Counted from the first letter of the stretch, positions 36,901 through 49,579 are shown. The stretch: 64,000 nt of DNA from Oikopleura dioica (GCA_907165135.1 OU015568.1:4650001-4714000), one strand, 5' to 3'. The notes: generated by a model not told the origin, from the letters alone. A program made the numbers and translations.

Positions 36901-37121
36901 TAAAACTGAAATCAAGGAAGAAATCGAAGTGATAAATTATTTATTAAATAGTATTTTCCAGTTTTGAAACAGTTGTGAACTTGAAAAAAGGTTTGAAAAG
37001 TTTCTGCGAAATGATGTGTGGCTTACCTATCGGCGTACAGTAATCGATAGATAAGAGATTCTACTGTTGGAAGTACAGAATTTCGGAAAAAGGGGGTTGC
37101 TAGTTCTTTTTTGAATGGTTT

Positions 37122-38640
37122 TTAGCAAGTGGGGGTCTTTTTGATCGAAAGAGGCTTTGCGATTTTGAAACCGCTAATACGTCCGATTTTCACCGGCACT
37201 GTAGCGGATTTGAGCAGGACGGTCTTGCCGACCTTGACTTTTAAGGCACTTTTTGTCGCTGTTTGTTTGCTTTGCGCTAGAGTTTCTGGAATCACTGGTG
37301 GTGGAATACGAGGCCGCTTGGTTGGGCCTCGCCCTCCTGTTTTTTCTACGGCAATGGTTTTCCAGTACTGGTTTTCGACGGTAGGCTTTGGTGCGAGAAC
37401 TGGTAGGGATTTTTGGGAAGGCACGAGTGTGGGTTTTGAACGGGTAAAGATAGGCGTTTGCTGGACGTTGATTTGGGGCACTTTTTCGGGCAGCGTCTGG
37501 GAGACGGAATTTGACTGACCATCATCATCATCTTCTCCTTCGGAGTCTGTGAACGCCGTGACGGTGCAGGGCTCGTCATCCGGGTCGATATACTCGCTCT
37601 TGATAAGCGGGCTCTCACCCTCGGCGAATTCCATTACAGTGGCAGTTTCTGAAAGCAATGATTACCAGTAGTTCTCAGAGGAGAAAGGGAAGGGCTTACC
37701 GGAATCAGGTTGAGCCTGATTTTGAGGGAGCGGCCGGCCGACTCGGTTCGCGTAGAAGACTTTTTGACCGTTGAGTTTGGAAGCGTTGGACATGTAGACA
37801 AAGTCGATCACTAGAATTTTCATAAATAACGTTTTTTTAAAGAAAAATTTACATTTTCCGTCTTTTCCAACCAGTTTCATCGTCTTTTTATTATAAATTT
37901 TGAACTTGCTTCTGTGATCGGTTTTGTTGTTAATTCCTGTAACTGGCATCGACTTCCAATCCGGCGTTCTCTTTTTTTGGACGACTCGTGGCTGCTGGCT
38001 GGGTGTTTTATTATTGTTGCTGCTTGGTCTTGACAAATTCTTGAGATTTATTTTCGGCTTGAGAATTGGAAGAGATTTGGAAGGAAGAATTTCTGCTTGA
38101 AGCTCGGGTGTTTCAATGACTTCTACGTTTGATTCTTCGTCGATTGGTTCTTGTTTGACAGTGACTGTAGGTTCGACAGTGGGGCCGGTTTCGTCTTCGT
38201 CTTCTTCAGTGACAGTGGCTTCGGAGAGAAGAGAAGAAGAGCTGCTTTCGCCACCGCGAAAGACGGAAATTGGGTCTTTGATTGTTCCGTCCGCGGCGGT
38301 GTGGACTGCGTGGATGTGATGTTGCATCGTTTCCTGTTTTGAAAAAATGAGGGTCAGGGAGATCAGTGGCTAGTACCTTGTATGCGTATCGTCTGGAGCA
38401 GTAGGGACACATGATCAAGAGATTGTAGCGCTCGCCAGCGTTGTATCGAGTCGAGTGCATCACTTTATCTTCTTCTGATTGCTCCGTCTTCATGACTCGC
38501 TCGACTGTCTCTTGAAATTTTGCTGTAAAAAGGAAGGAGTCGGTAATTGATTTACCTTTTTTATTTGGCTTGGAGACAAGATGCTCTCCGGGAATCCGGA
38601 TTTGGAATGAATCGGAGCCAGATTCCAAGACCTGAAAATG
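37122..38640 (-). CDS. C2H2 zinc-finger protein with long disordered C-terminus
   Basis: CPYCSRRYAYK|ETMQHHIHAVH finger split by an intron; acidic and basic low-complexity exons. Confidence 0.75.
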
Positions 38641-38849
38641 ATGCTTCAAAAAGAAATATTTCTAGAGAAATCTGCAATTCGACTTGACTAAAAGCAGCCT
38701 CAAAAACTGTAATTTTCCTTTACTGCACTAATGTAAGGATTAATTAATATTCAAGAGAACGAGGATTAACAATAGTCATTCTGGTTGCACATAAGGAAAA
38801 TTTTCAACCAAATTTTTAAAATTAAAATTTTTTTTTCAAATTATTACCA

Positions 38850-39095
38850 TGGCGGATTGCACCGGAACAGGATCTCTTTCTCTCTCTCTCTCGCCACTGA
38901 GAGTCGCCTGAGTGAGCTAAGAGAGAGAAAAGACCAGCCAGGGGTGCCTCGTGGCAGCCAATGAGCTCCTGGGCCCACTGCGCGTACCACCCTCTCTGGC
39001 CAAAACTTGGGAAGTGTTGACACTAGCGAGCGGGCGCCACGGGCAAGCCCAAGCTACAACTCGCACGTTCTTTGTGGACTCCCTAGAACTTCTCT
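38850..39095. promoter_or_regulatory. GC-rich island with GA/CT repeats upstream of the zinc-finger gene
   Basis: (CT)n and (GA)n tracts plus CCAAT, between very AT-rich flanks. Confidence 0.35.
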
Positions 39096-39222
39096 GTTTG
39101 ACAAGATAGGGCAATCAAATCTCTTTTTAAAAAATCATTCTATAAAAAATCATCAAAAAATAATTTTAAACTAAAGGACTTTTATGGTTTTTTAGCAGTT
39201 TACATCGTTGATTTTATTGAAT

Positions 39223-40514
39223 TCAAGCATCGATACAGTAATCAACATCAACCGGAAACATGGGCGAATAATCCATGTGCAGTTTGAATCCCGAATCATA
39301 AACGACTGAAGTCATCCCTTCGTCAGTGATCGTAATTCGCTCCAGGAAGTCGTATCCGATGAAGATGTCGCCGAGGAATTGAGTCTTTGCCAAATAGAAT
39401 GCGCTTTTTTGCAAGTTTCCGAGCTCAGACCAAAGATTCTCTCGAAGTCGGAAAACCATGTTATCATCACTGCTGTCAGTGATCAAGATAAGACCTGAAT
39501 TTCTATGATTTCACTTTTTTCAAGGTTGTTTACCCGATGGTTCAGAAAACAAAGCATGGTTGGTAATTCTCTCGAAGAATTCAAAGTCCGTTCCGGTCAA
39601 GCTCCAACCCTGCTCATCGTCGAAAACCTCCATCACGCCATGACACTCCTTTTCCTCGTAGCTTCCATCATTGTCGCATCCACCGACGGTGACCAAACTT
39701 CCTTCGTGAAGCACCAAGTCGGCCCAATCGTGACCGCGAGCTGTCAAATGGTCGATTCTTGTATGGTTGACCCCGTTGAAGATTTGACACTCTTTCGAAG
39801 TCTTCGCTTTTCCATCGAAGCACGTCATGATTTTGCCTTGATACTCGGCGCAGGAACCAAAAGTGCCACCGACAAATTCGTAGGTTAATGTTACATCTTG
39901 TCTCTTGACAGCGCAGTCTTCAATCTTTGCAACGGCGCTATAATCGAATTTTAAATAAGCAAAGACATTTTTCCTTACTTTTTGTTGTAATATCCGCCAA
40001 GAAGATAGTGCTCTCCATTCATCATTGCATAGCAGGAGTCCTCTATTTTCCAAGACTTTTTAAACAGTATGATTTTCATTTTGGAGGAAGAAAATAGAAT
40101 CAAGAAGAGCCTGTTCCTATGTCGTATTGATAGCTGTAGTTGTAATTGAAATTTCTGAACTGAATTTCTTCCGTTTCGGAGTTCCAGTGCATTCCCTTGT
40201 TGTAATCTCCCATTCGCTCGTCAATCACAAACAGATGTTGCTGGTTTGTCTCGCCGCAGATTGGATTCGGGCAGCCCTGGCATCCTTCAGGACATCCTAG
40301 ATCAAGTCTATCAAGGACCTCTAGCTTGAAATCTACCTGAGTAACAGGGGCAGATTGTCAGACAATCGAGCCAATCGCCTTGGCATCTAGAAGTGCAGCT
40401 TGAGCTTCCAGCGCAATTGGCAGTGCAAATATCGAGAGTTTTGTTGCATTGGTCCGCGCATAGTTGACCGAGATCTCCATCAACGCATCTAAGGTTGAAC
40501 AGCTCAAGAGCCAT
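39223..40514 (-). CDS. Cys-rich/kelch-like paralog 4
   Basis: MALELFNLRCVDGDLGQLCADQC..CPCYSG, GSCAEYQGKIMTCFDG, RGHDWAD, ends YCIDA*. Confidence 0.8.
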
Positions 40515-40747
40515 TTTCTCTATTCCTTTTTATTTGAAGAGCAATAACGAACAGACATGCCATTAGATCCGACCATCGACATATTGAATTTTTCTCATTG
40601 ACGTCATGAAAAAGAAACTTCAAGAATTGCTTGAAAGATATAGACTATATCATATAGTTAATCAAGCTTTATTTAATGATTGACGGAATGTATGATTAAA
40701 ATATTGAACTTTTTGGAAGACAGTAGTTTTGGAACTTTGAAGATATT

Positions 40748-41635
40748 TTAAAAGATAATAATGCAGAGCAAGAAAAGACTGAAAAAAGCTGGAATGGAAG
40801 AAGATTCGCCGGCGAGTTTTTGGTATTCTTCGATGATTTGTTCTATGGAGAGGTTTATGTTAGTGGAATAATAGAAAAAATGATATTACTTGTGATTTCG
40901 TTGATAATATCATCGTTGTTTTCTGGATCAACGGCGAAGCGCAAAACGGGGTCAGTTTGATTTTCATTATCGCCGGAGCCATCAGCAGAAAAAATCCCCG
41001 CGTTTACGTCCGTTAGATTAACCAGCGATCGCTCAATTGCTCCCAAATCGTCTCCAGAAGCCTCAGACAAGTTCAATCCAAGCGACATGCCCGTAATTTC
41101 GATACTGTAGTCTCCGGAGTTCTCTTCTTCTCCATAATATCGATAATAGTCGATTAATGATACATCTTCATCTTCATCTTCACCTTCGCCATTTTCTTCG
41201 GTTAGATAGATCAGCGAGCGCTCCATTGTTTCTCCAGATCCTTCCGAGTCGTTGAAGCTGAGCATAAATCCTATTACTTCTAGACTAGAGCTTCCAGAGC
41301 TCTCCTCGATCTCGATAAAGTTCATAAATGATCGTCCATCAGCAGAGCCATCCTCATCCTCCCCTTGATCGTTTTCGAAAGAATGATTTTCTCGGAGAGA
41401 TTTGCCAACAGCACTAGAATTTGTCGAGTCGTTGTTGTCTCCAGAAGACTCTGAGTCATCCAAAACGCCTCTTGGGCCGCTAGAATTGGAAATTTCATGT
41501 TTTCAAGACAATTTTTTGGTCTCACCGGACAGATCTTGGGTCAAAATAAACATCTTCCATCTCAAAAGTGAGCAGCTCAAATGTCTCTACGTTCGCCAAG
41601 CTAGCACCAAAAATAAAAAGGCCGAGAAAAATCAT
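40748..41635 (-). CDS. Secreted, probably GPI-anchored acidic Ser-Gly-rich (proteoglycan-like) protein
   Basis: Signal peptide MIFLGLFIFGASLA; multiple acidic SG dipeptides (ESSGD, EGSGE, DGSGD); hydrophobic C-tail AGESSSIPAFFSLFLLCIIIF* after a 47-nt intron. Confidence 0.7.
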
Positions 41636-41946
41636 CGTAAAAATGCTTCTCTCCTCTCGCTACTCTCGCTTTTGCGAAGTGAGCGAAAAACCGATCGGTC
41701 GATCATTTTTTTCTTCAGATTTTATCAAATGGTGGCGCAAAAGTGAAGCGAACAGATTTTGGCTTTAGAAAATTTTCCGTATCAACGCCTATTTTTCTTG
41801 GTTGAAGCTTAGACACTTCGCATTGAACGAGCTAATCCCCTCGGGCGTGTACCCAAATTCAAAATAAACTCGTTAGTGCAGATTTTTGTCTAAAAATTCT
41901 AGAACTAGCATTTCGCAATTAAAAGCAGTAGTGTTATTTTACAGTG

Positions 41947-44900
41947 ATGATCAGAGTCTCCAAGAGAAGTAAGTTGCTTTTGCGTTATTATGGTGATAAG
42001 GATGATTGTCACTAGAATTTCTGGTCTCGGCAGCATGCAACGGAACTATTGGCATTAGACGAGAGGTAATTCAAATTTTCAGAAAATACGGGTGTCATTT
42101 TTTTGTTCATTTTTTCAGAAGAAAACGCTCTCTTTCAGGATTTTCTTCCCTATGAGCGTCGGTCCCCACTAACCCCCGCCAATGTCGCCTCCCTCGTCAA
42201 AGCCGGTCACGTGGTCAAGCTTGAGCCTTCCGGAAAACGAGCCTATTCCGACGGCGAATACGTCAAAGTCGGAGCTGAACTGGACGCGAACTTGGAAGGC
42301 TGCGATGTGATTTTTGGAGTGAAACAGATTCCAATTGATTCGATTGTGCCGAATTCTACTTCTGTTTTCTTTTCCCATACGATCAAGGCGCAACCTGCGA
42401 ATATGCCGCTTTTAGACACGTGCCTGAGGGACAAGGTGACACTTGTCGATTACGAGTGCATCGCAGAAAATGGCGAGAGAAAGGTAGCCTTTGGACACTG
42501 GGCGGGAGTTGCTGGAGCGATCAATTCTATTCATTTTCTCGGGAAACGGGTCGAGAAAATCTTTATTTTCATCTTTATGAGATCCTTTTTGACCCATGAA
42601 AAGCCAGCGTTTACTTTCCCTCGGCCACAACACGCCGCTAACAACGATAAATCTCGCCGGCGGCTACGTCGATTCCACCGCAGCAAAAGAAGCCATCTCC
42701 GCTGCTGGTCGAAAAATCACCGAGTTTGGCCTTTCCCGATCCATCGAACCCCTCACTTTTGTCATCACCGGCAGCGGGAGAGTCGCGCAAGGAGCGATGG
42801 AGATTCTCGATGCTCTTGGCGTCACGTGGGTGGATCCAAGTGAGCTGAAAACATTGGCGAAGAAGAAAAATAATGAAGTTTTTGCGACTGTAGTTGAGCC
42901 GCATCATCATCTGATCCACGAAGACGAGAGCAAAAGCTTCCCGAAAATCGGCACTGAAAACTGGGACTTTTTCCTCGAAAACAACAAGGACTACTCTTCA
43001 AATTTCAATACCGAAATTGCCCCTCACATGTCCTGCCTTATCAACTGTCTCTTCTGGGCGCCTGGCGATCCAAAAATCATGACGAATGAAGATCTTCAGA
43101 ATCTCGTCAATTCGCAAAAGAAAAATGCTGAATTTCCTGGAGTGCCATTTTTGCCACAGAAGTTGCAGGTGATTTCTGATATCTCAGCGGACTCCAACGG
43201 AAGCTTGGAATTCGTGGTCGATTGCACTAGCATGGAGGAGCCCTTCGAAATCGTCGATGGAACAGGTCAATCAAAACTCAACCCTTCCCCCTTGAAACTG
43301 AAAATTTTCAGGTTCATCCTCACGCGACCCAAAAGCTCCAGGTGTTGTTATCACCTCAATCGACTACCTCCCAGGAAGGATATTTCTCGTCGCCAATTTT
43401 TTCCAAATTTTCGAGACCTCGAATTTCATCCCTTTTCTTTTTCTAGAATGAGAACGCCCGGAGTGCGTCGGATTTTTGCCCGTGCAATCGTATCAGGAAC
43501 AGATTCAAGCTAGAAAAAGATAGAACGATAAATATCTGAAAAGCTCTTTTGCCAAGAGAAGCTTCGGATCATTTTGGAAACTGTCTCTTGCCCTTTATCG
43601 ATGATTTATTGAATCTTTCGTCAGGACAGGGGGATGTGTGCCCAGCGATAAGGAACGCCGTGATTTGCCAGAATGGAGCGCTGACAACTCAGTACAGGTA
43701 AATATGAATTATATTTTGGTATAGAAATATCAGGTTAAAGAAAATAACCAAATAGTGGCCCAAACTCTCTTTCTTCGGACAAATGATTCAGTAACTGGCC
43801 ATTGTCTTCTTCTTCATCGTTCCAGTTGTCCCAGTAGAGGTCTTTTAAAAAAACAAATTATAATTTTTCTTCAAAGACTTACCACTTTTGAAAAGTTTAC
43901 AGGCAAAAAACGAAACGGCTACTATTTTCATTTTACTCGGATCTGACCTGTTTTCCTGCAGAAGCCTAATTTTTCAACTGTTTATTCCTTTCTATAACGT
44001 CACATAATAACAAGCATAATGTGACATTATTCATGCCAACATAAGGCTAATTTAAGCTTCTCGGTTTTCAGGTCAAAAATCACAATGATCAAACATGATA
44101 GACTAGAATTGATTCTTTCAGATACATTTCTGATATGAGAGCTGCTCAAACTTCTTCAAAGTCGATCCTTGTCCTGGGCGCTGGTTATGTTTCCGCTCCC
44201 GTTGTCGACTACCTCTCTTCCAAGGGCTACAAAGTCACGATCGTTTCCTCCGTCGAGAACGAAGCTGCAAAAATGATCTCTCAATACAATTTCGAAAACT
44301 GCACTCCCGTCCAACTCGACTGCGTCAACGACAACGAAGGTCTTTCTTCCTTGATTTCAGCGCACGATCTCACGATTTCGCTCCTTCCCTATGTTTTCCA
44401 CCCCCATGTTTGCGAGCACGTAATCAAGGCTGGCAAACAAATGGTGACAGCTTCTTACTTGTCTGATGGAATGGCGGCGCTGGATGAAAAGGCGAAGAAA
44501 GCGGGAATTACAGTCATGAACGAGGTTGGAGTCGATCCTGGAATTGATCATATGCTCGCGATGGAACTGTTCGATGAATTGAAAGAAAACGGAGAAGGTA
44601 AAAACGATGTCGCCTCAAATTCATTAGTCCCTATATTTAGACGTCAAATCGTTTGTCTCATTCTGCGGCGGTCTCCCCGCCCCCGAAGCTTCCAACAACG
44701 TCCTTGGCTACAAATTCTCCTGGTCCCCGCGTGGCGTCCTTCTCAACACCGTCTCCGGCGCCAAGTGGCTCCACAACGGCGACGTCGACGAAATCCTCCC
44801 CGGCGGCGACATCATCAACCGACCCTACACCTTCAGCGGCGACGTCAAAGAAGTTCCCTTCAGCACATGGAACGGTTACTCCCTCGAGGGCCTGCCCAAC

Positions 44901-45659
44901 CGAGACTCGACCAAATACACCGTTCCCTACGAGATCCCAAAGTGCGAAACACTCCTTCGCGGAACATTCCGATACGCAGGCTATTGCGAAGTCCTCCGAG
45001 ATCTTCAAGCGGTTAATTTGATCAACGAAGCTCCAAGTCCGAATCTATACGATGCTGACAACTGGCTTGAGTTTATGGCTCTGCACTTAGGGCTGGACAA
45101 AAATGCTAGTGCGATGAAAGTAATGGCGAAGGCGTCAGAGCTAAAGAATGGCCTCGGTCAGGGAGTTAATACGAATAAATTAGCGAAACTCGGCATTTTT
45201 ACCAAAACAAACAAGCTGGAGAATCGAAACTCGCCTTTGGACGCTCTGGCTGTTCTTCTCAATCGGTAAAAATGGCCTGTTTAGCTATGAGTTAAGTTCA
45301 TATTCAGGGATATGCAATACGGAGAGTCGGAAAAAGACGCGATCATTATGCGCCACGAAGTAAAAACTCATCAGAACCCGATGACCATACACGGCGTCGA
45401 CTTCATCTACTACGGCAATCAAGGCAAAAACGACGGAAAAGAATATTCCGCCATGGCCCAGGTACATCCTACCCCTCTTTCCTCCCCTTATCACCATTCT
45501 TAGACTGTTGGATACCCCGCTGCGATCTCCGCTCACTTGATAATGGAAGGTGTAATCAACAAGCCAGGAATGCTCACTCCTGTGACGAAGGACATCTACG
45601 TGCCGATCCTCGACGAGTTGAAGAAACTTGGAATTGTTGCCAACCGAACTTTGAATTGA
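41947..45659 (+). CDS. AASS: Alpha-aminoadipic semialdehyde synthase (lysine-ketoglutarate reductase/saccharopine dehydrogenase)
   Basis: GIRRE..ERRSPLTP, FFSHTIKAQ, LVDYE, GSGRVAQGA, ISDISAD, VLGAGYVSAPV, EVGVDPGIDHMLAM, TVGYPAAI. Confidence 0.95.
43735..43931 (-). CDS. Nested antisense 51-aa peptide gene within AASS intron 43698-44121
   Basis: ATG 43931, 41-nt GTAAGT..AAAG intron (43842-43882), in-frame to TAA; MKIVAVSFFACKLFKSDLYWDNWNDEEEDNGQLLNHLSEEREFGPLFGYFL. Confidence 0.55.
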
Positions 45660-45703
45660 AACATAACTTTGTAAATAAAATTTTCTTTTGTAAAATTTTT
45701 GTT

Positions 45704-47067
45704 TTATTCGTGAATATTTGTAAGCATTATTTGAAAGGGATGAGGCTCAAGAACTGTGGAGTTTTGAAGCGGGAGATTCATGAGATCTGGAAAGGGAGGA
45801 GGTTGTGGAAGACCTAAAAAAAGGTAGGAAAGGGTTAAAAAAAGGGATCTACCGAGATTGATAAGGGTCGATGGAGGCGGATTGATGCTGGTTGTCGTGG
45901 GAACGGGGGATGTTTGAATTTCTGGAGCTGCTTCTTCAGTCGGACATTGAGGAATTAAAATACTGCTTTGAGGTCTACAAGAGCATTAATCGATTGATTG
46001 AGGTCTTACTTGTTGAGTTGTTCACTATTGGAGGTCGCTAGTTTGATGGCGTCCTCGCATGCTTCGAGCATCTTCGCAATAGAACAGCTGAAAATCACAT
46101 TTGAAATTTGGAAAAGTGATTCTCGTACCTTTTTGGAAGCAAATCTGTCAACAATTCATCGATCACCGGGAAGCACAAGCCCTGCTGAGCAAATTTTCGC
46201 TGCAAGTCCTTCAGTTGTTGGCCGAGATCGAGGTATTCCGTGTCTAGCGTCAGTTGCATGATTTTATCAGCGGGAAGTAGTCGCAAATCATCGGGAAGAA
46301 CCAATCCGCTTTTTTGTATTTCTGATTGTTCCTGATTAATCAGCTGACTGATTTTTGGGTTGAGAAGATTTTCCAAAAAACTTGTTTTCGCTTTTTTCAA
46401 CCGTTCCTTTCCTTCATCTCCTTTTTCGTCAGAAAGCGATATCCATCTGTTTCCGCATTCTGCTGGACACATCGTTGTTGCTTGAGGTGGCAATTCAAGC
46501 CCTGGCGCTGGCGAAATTTCTTGCCGCAAAGATGGCAACTGTATGGCATGGCTCCAGTGTGAAGATTCATGTGAACCATGAGTGTCGATTTCTGGCTAAA
46601 TCCGCGGTCGCAAACTTCGCACTAAAAATTTCAAATGGTTAGGGTTTAGGTTGGTAAGGGCCAGGAATTCATAAAAATGGCGGCTTTCTTGAATCAGATT
46701 CTATTGAAGTAAGAACATTCTGGAGAAATTTTCCATAAAACTAGAAAAAATCCACCCCCTAAAAATAACAGTAAATTTTTACCTTGAAAGGCTTTTCTCC
46801 CGTGTGGGTGTACAAATGTCTTTTGATATCAAACTCTTTCCGAAAAACCTTCCCACATATCGGACATGGAATATTCTCTGTCTTCTTCTCTGGCTCTTTC
46901 TTCACCGGCGGTAGAATCTTTTCCCAATAAAACGGCTCTGTTTTTATTTCTTCAAAGCCTATTTCGCTCTGGTTCAAATTTGGATTCATTGTCAATTGAT
47001 TGAAATTTCTGAATTGATCTGTTTCGATACTGAATGCATCTTTCGCGGGCTTCAGATGAATCGTCAC
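45704..47067 (-). CDS. Three-finger C2H2 zinc-finger transcription factor
   Basis: [51 protein letters not shown]; probable GGG>GG frameshift near 46406; Pro-rich tail. Confidence 0.85.
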
Positions 47068-47454
47068 GAATTCAATTTCATTCTTATCGCTTATTTTTTA
47101 TTTCTAAGCCCGGACTTGATTAGTCACACGGCCCGGTGAAGAATTCATCTCTTTATTCTTGATTGAAGAAATCATTTCAACTGACATGGTTCGCTGATCT
47201 CGATGGAAATAAAGAACCGGCGATTAGGCGTACTCTGTAGATTTATAGAAATTCTAGAGATATGGCGTGATCGCGCCGCGCTTCCTTTTCCCATTCTAGA
47301 GCTGGTACTCGTGTCTGATAGACGGGAGTCCGAGTTACTAGAAAATTTAAATGGCTGCCATCGATGAGCTGAAGAAAACTGCACCTACAGATTTTTTACG
47401 ACTTCCGGCCCAACAAAAAGTTATTTGAAATCATCTGCTGACAGCTCAGACAAT

Positions 47455-47690
47455 TATCACTTAGCTCAGCTCAGCTCAATTTAACCACCAAAAAACAGCT
47501 CAGCTCAGCCAGCTCAGCTCGCCTCTAGTAAGGGTCCGCTCAGCTCAGCTCACCTAAAATTAGGATCCGCTCAGCTCAGCTCAGCTCAGCTTTAATTAGC
47601 GTTCGCTCAGCTCAGCTCGGCTCAATGAGCTTTGAAAAAGGCTAGCTCAGCTCAGAGAATTTTTTACTCAGGTCATCTCAGCTCAGCAAA
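47455..47690. repeat. Clustered (AGCTC)n pentamer array with unique spacers
   Basis: Several blocks of 2-4 AGCTC units separated by about 12-20 nt of unrelated sequence. Confidence 0.8.
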
Positions 47691-48452
47691 AAGAAGCAAA
47701 ATTTGCAACTCTGAAAAGCAGTATAAAGGGATGAATATTAAGAGAAAAAAATAAAATTAGGCAGATAAAGAACAGGAAAGTCTATTGGCCAAAACCTTTA
47801 TAAACGTCATGTTCAACGAGTAAATGGTCAACGCTGACAATTGAAAAATTAAAAATACATAATTTAATCAGTATAAAAGGAAGACAACGCAGGGTTTCAA
47901 TTTTGAGCACAAGAAATTACAATGAAAATTCAAAATTTGTTTCTTTTATCTCCAGCCTTTTCCGGAAAACTTGAAGGCAATCCTTGGATTGAAAAATCCG
48001 CCAAGGCGATCGAGTCGGAACGTCAACTCGGAGGGATGAGCTTTCGGAGTTCTCCACTTTGTAACCTAAAAAGAGCTCAACCAAAAAGAAGAACCTTTTT
48101 GCTGCATGAATAAAAGATCAGTCGAAAAGTAAACTTTGAAATAAAAACGTCTCGTAATCAAAGAAATCAAATAGAAAATCTGAATTTTTAATCAAAGCGT
48201 CCATTAGTATCTTAAAAAATCTCCGAGAGTTCTTTGTTTTTCAAAAAATAAAAGAGGAAAAAGATTCTGTTTTAGCTTTTTTGCCTAAAAAGAGGCGGAA
48301 TGAGCAGCATTTATTCTCAACCCGAGGCATATAAAAAGAGTTCCAAATCAAGTTCCAGCTCCTAATTTTGTTTATTTTGCCTTGAATGATTTCTTTTTTT
48401 ATGAAAAATTAAGCATGTAATGTTAGCTAATTTTGGTTCAAGTTAGAGAGAA

Positions 48453-49579
48453 GTGATTCTGAACTCTGATTTTAAAAACCCAGAGGCAACGGATTCAAGA
48501 GATGAACTGATGATCGAAGAAGCAGCTCATCACCCATCCGGCCTTGAAAACGTCTACATCGGCTTGGCAAATGGAGAGCATCTCTGGGCCGACATGATGT
48601 TTTTCCAATCTTGGAACAGTCGTCGCCACTGCCGGACGCATATTTTTTGCGGAATTTTGACAATTCTTTTTGGTTTTTTCGTCGTTTTTTTCAACCCGTT
48701 TGACCGGCCGAATTATGGGACGCAAGTTATCGCTGGGGTATTTTACTTTGTGGCTGGAGTCTTTTCGGTGGGATTCAGAAGTCCAAGGGCGACGGCGAGG
48801 ATTTGTACTTTGACCACTTTTATGGGGATTTTTATCATTATTGAAATTCTAGGTAAGCAAATGATCTACGAAGCTTCCTATTGGCCAAGAGTTTTTCTGG
48901 AGTTTTGCGATTTCTGATTGGCTTGACCGAAGAAAACCGCTCTTTTATTGGCCGATAGAAGAATCTTGTTAATTGCTTGTCAAATCATTAAAACCCATAT
49001 TCTAGTTCTCCTCCAGCACGAGGCGCATCAACTCACAACAATTTGGAAAACGCGAAAACACGAAGGAGGACTTTGGGCGTTGCTTGCTTGCATGATCATT
49101 TCTGGCTTCGAAGTTGTCTTGGGCTTTTCCGCGTTTGGAGCGTGGCTTCGTTACAATGACTTGGTGGATAAGTTCAAAGCCAGAAATATGGAAATTGAAC
49201 TTGGTCTTGCTTATCCGACGATTTATGGTAAACTTTGAAATTAGGAAAAAATGAAGGAATAATGATTAGGGCATTATCTATCAAAATGGAACTCTTCTGA
49301 AAGCGGGCTGAATCGGATCCGTAAATCAGCTGCGAGTTATGGTGATTTCTCTGAAAACAACGGTGAAAACAATGAAGATGATGGCGACGATTACGATCGA
49401 GATGTGGATCAAGAAATTGACAATTATGCTGAAATGGATGCGGAGATGGATATTGCTATGAATGAAGAACTTGGTAAGATTGAAAATGAAGATGATCGTC
49501 TTTGAGGTTGTATTTTGTAGATGTCGATGATGGGATGGATGATGGGGCAAATGACTTGGATGCTGGAGGCGATATTTAG
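48453..49579 (+). CDS. Four-TM membrane protein (MS4A/CD20-like) with acidic C-tail; start uncertain
   Basis: Four hydrophobic segments; 42-nt intron after PTIY leads to an Asp/Glu-rich tail ending DAGGDI*. Confidence 0.6.

Noticed and set aside
47455-47690. CRISPR array
   Set aside because: Repeats are variable-length pentamer runs, not constant 23-47 nt direct repeats; the context is eukaryotic and no cas genes are present.
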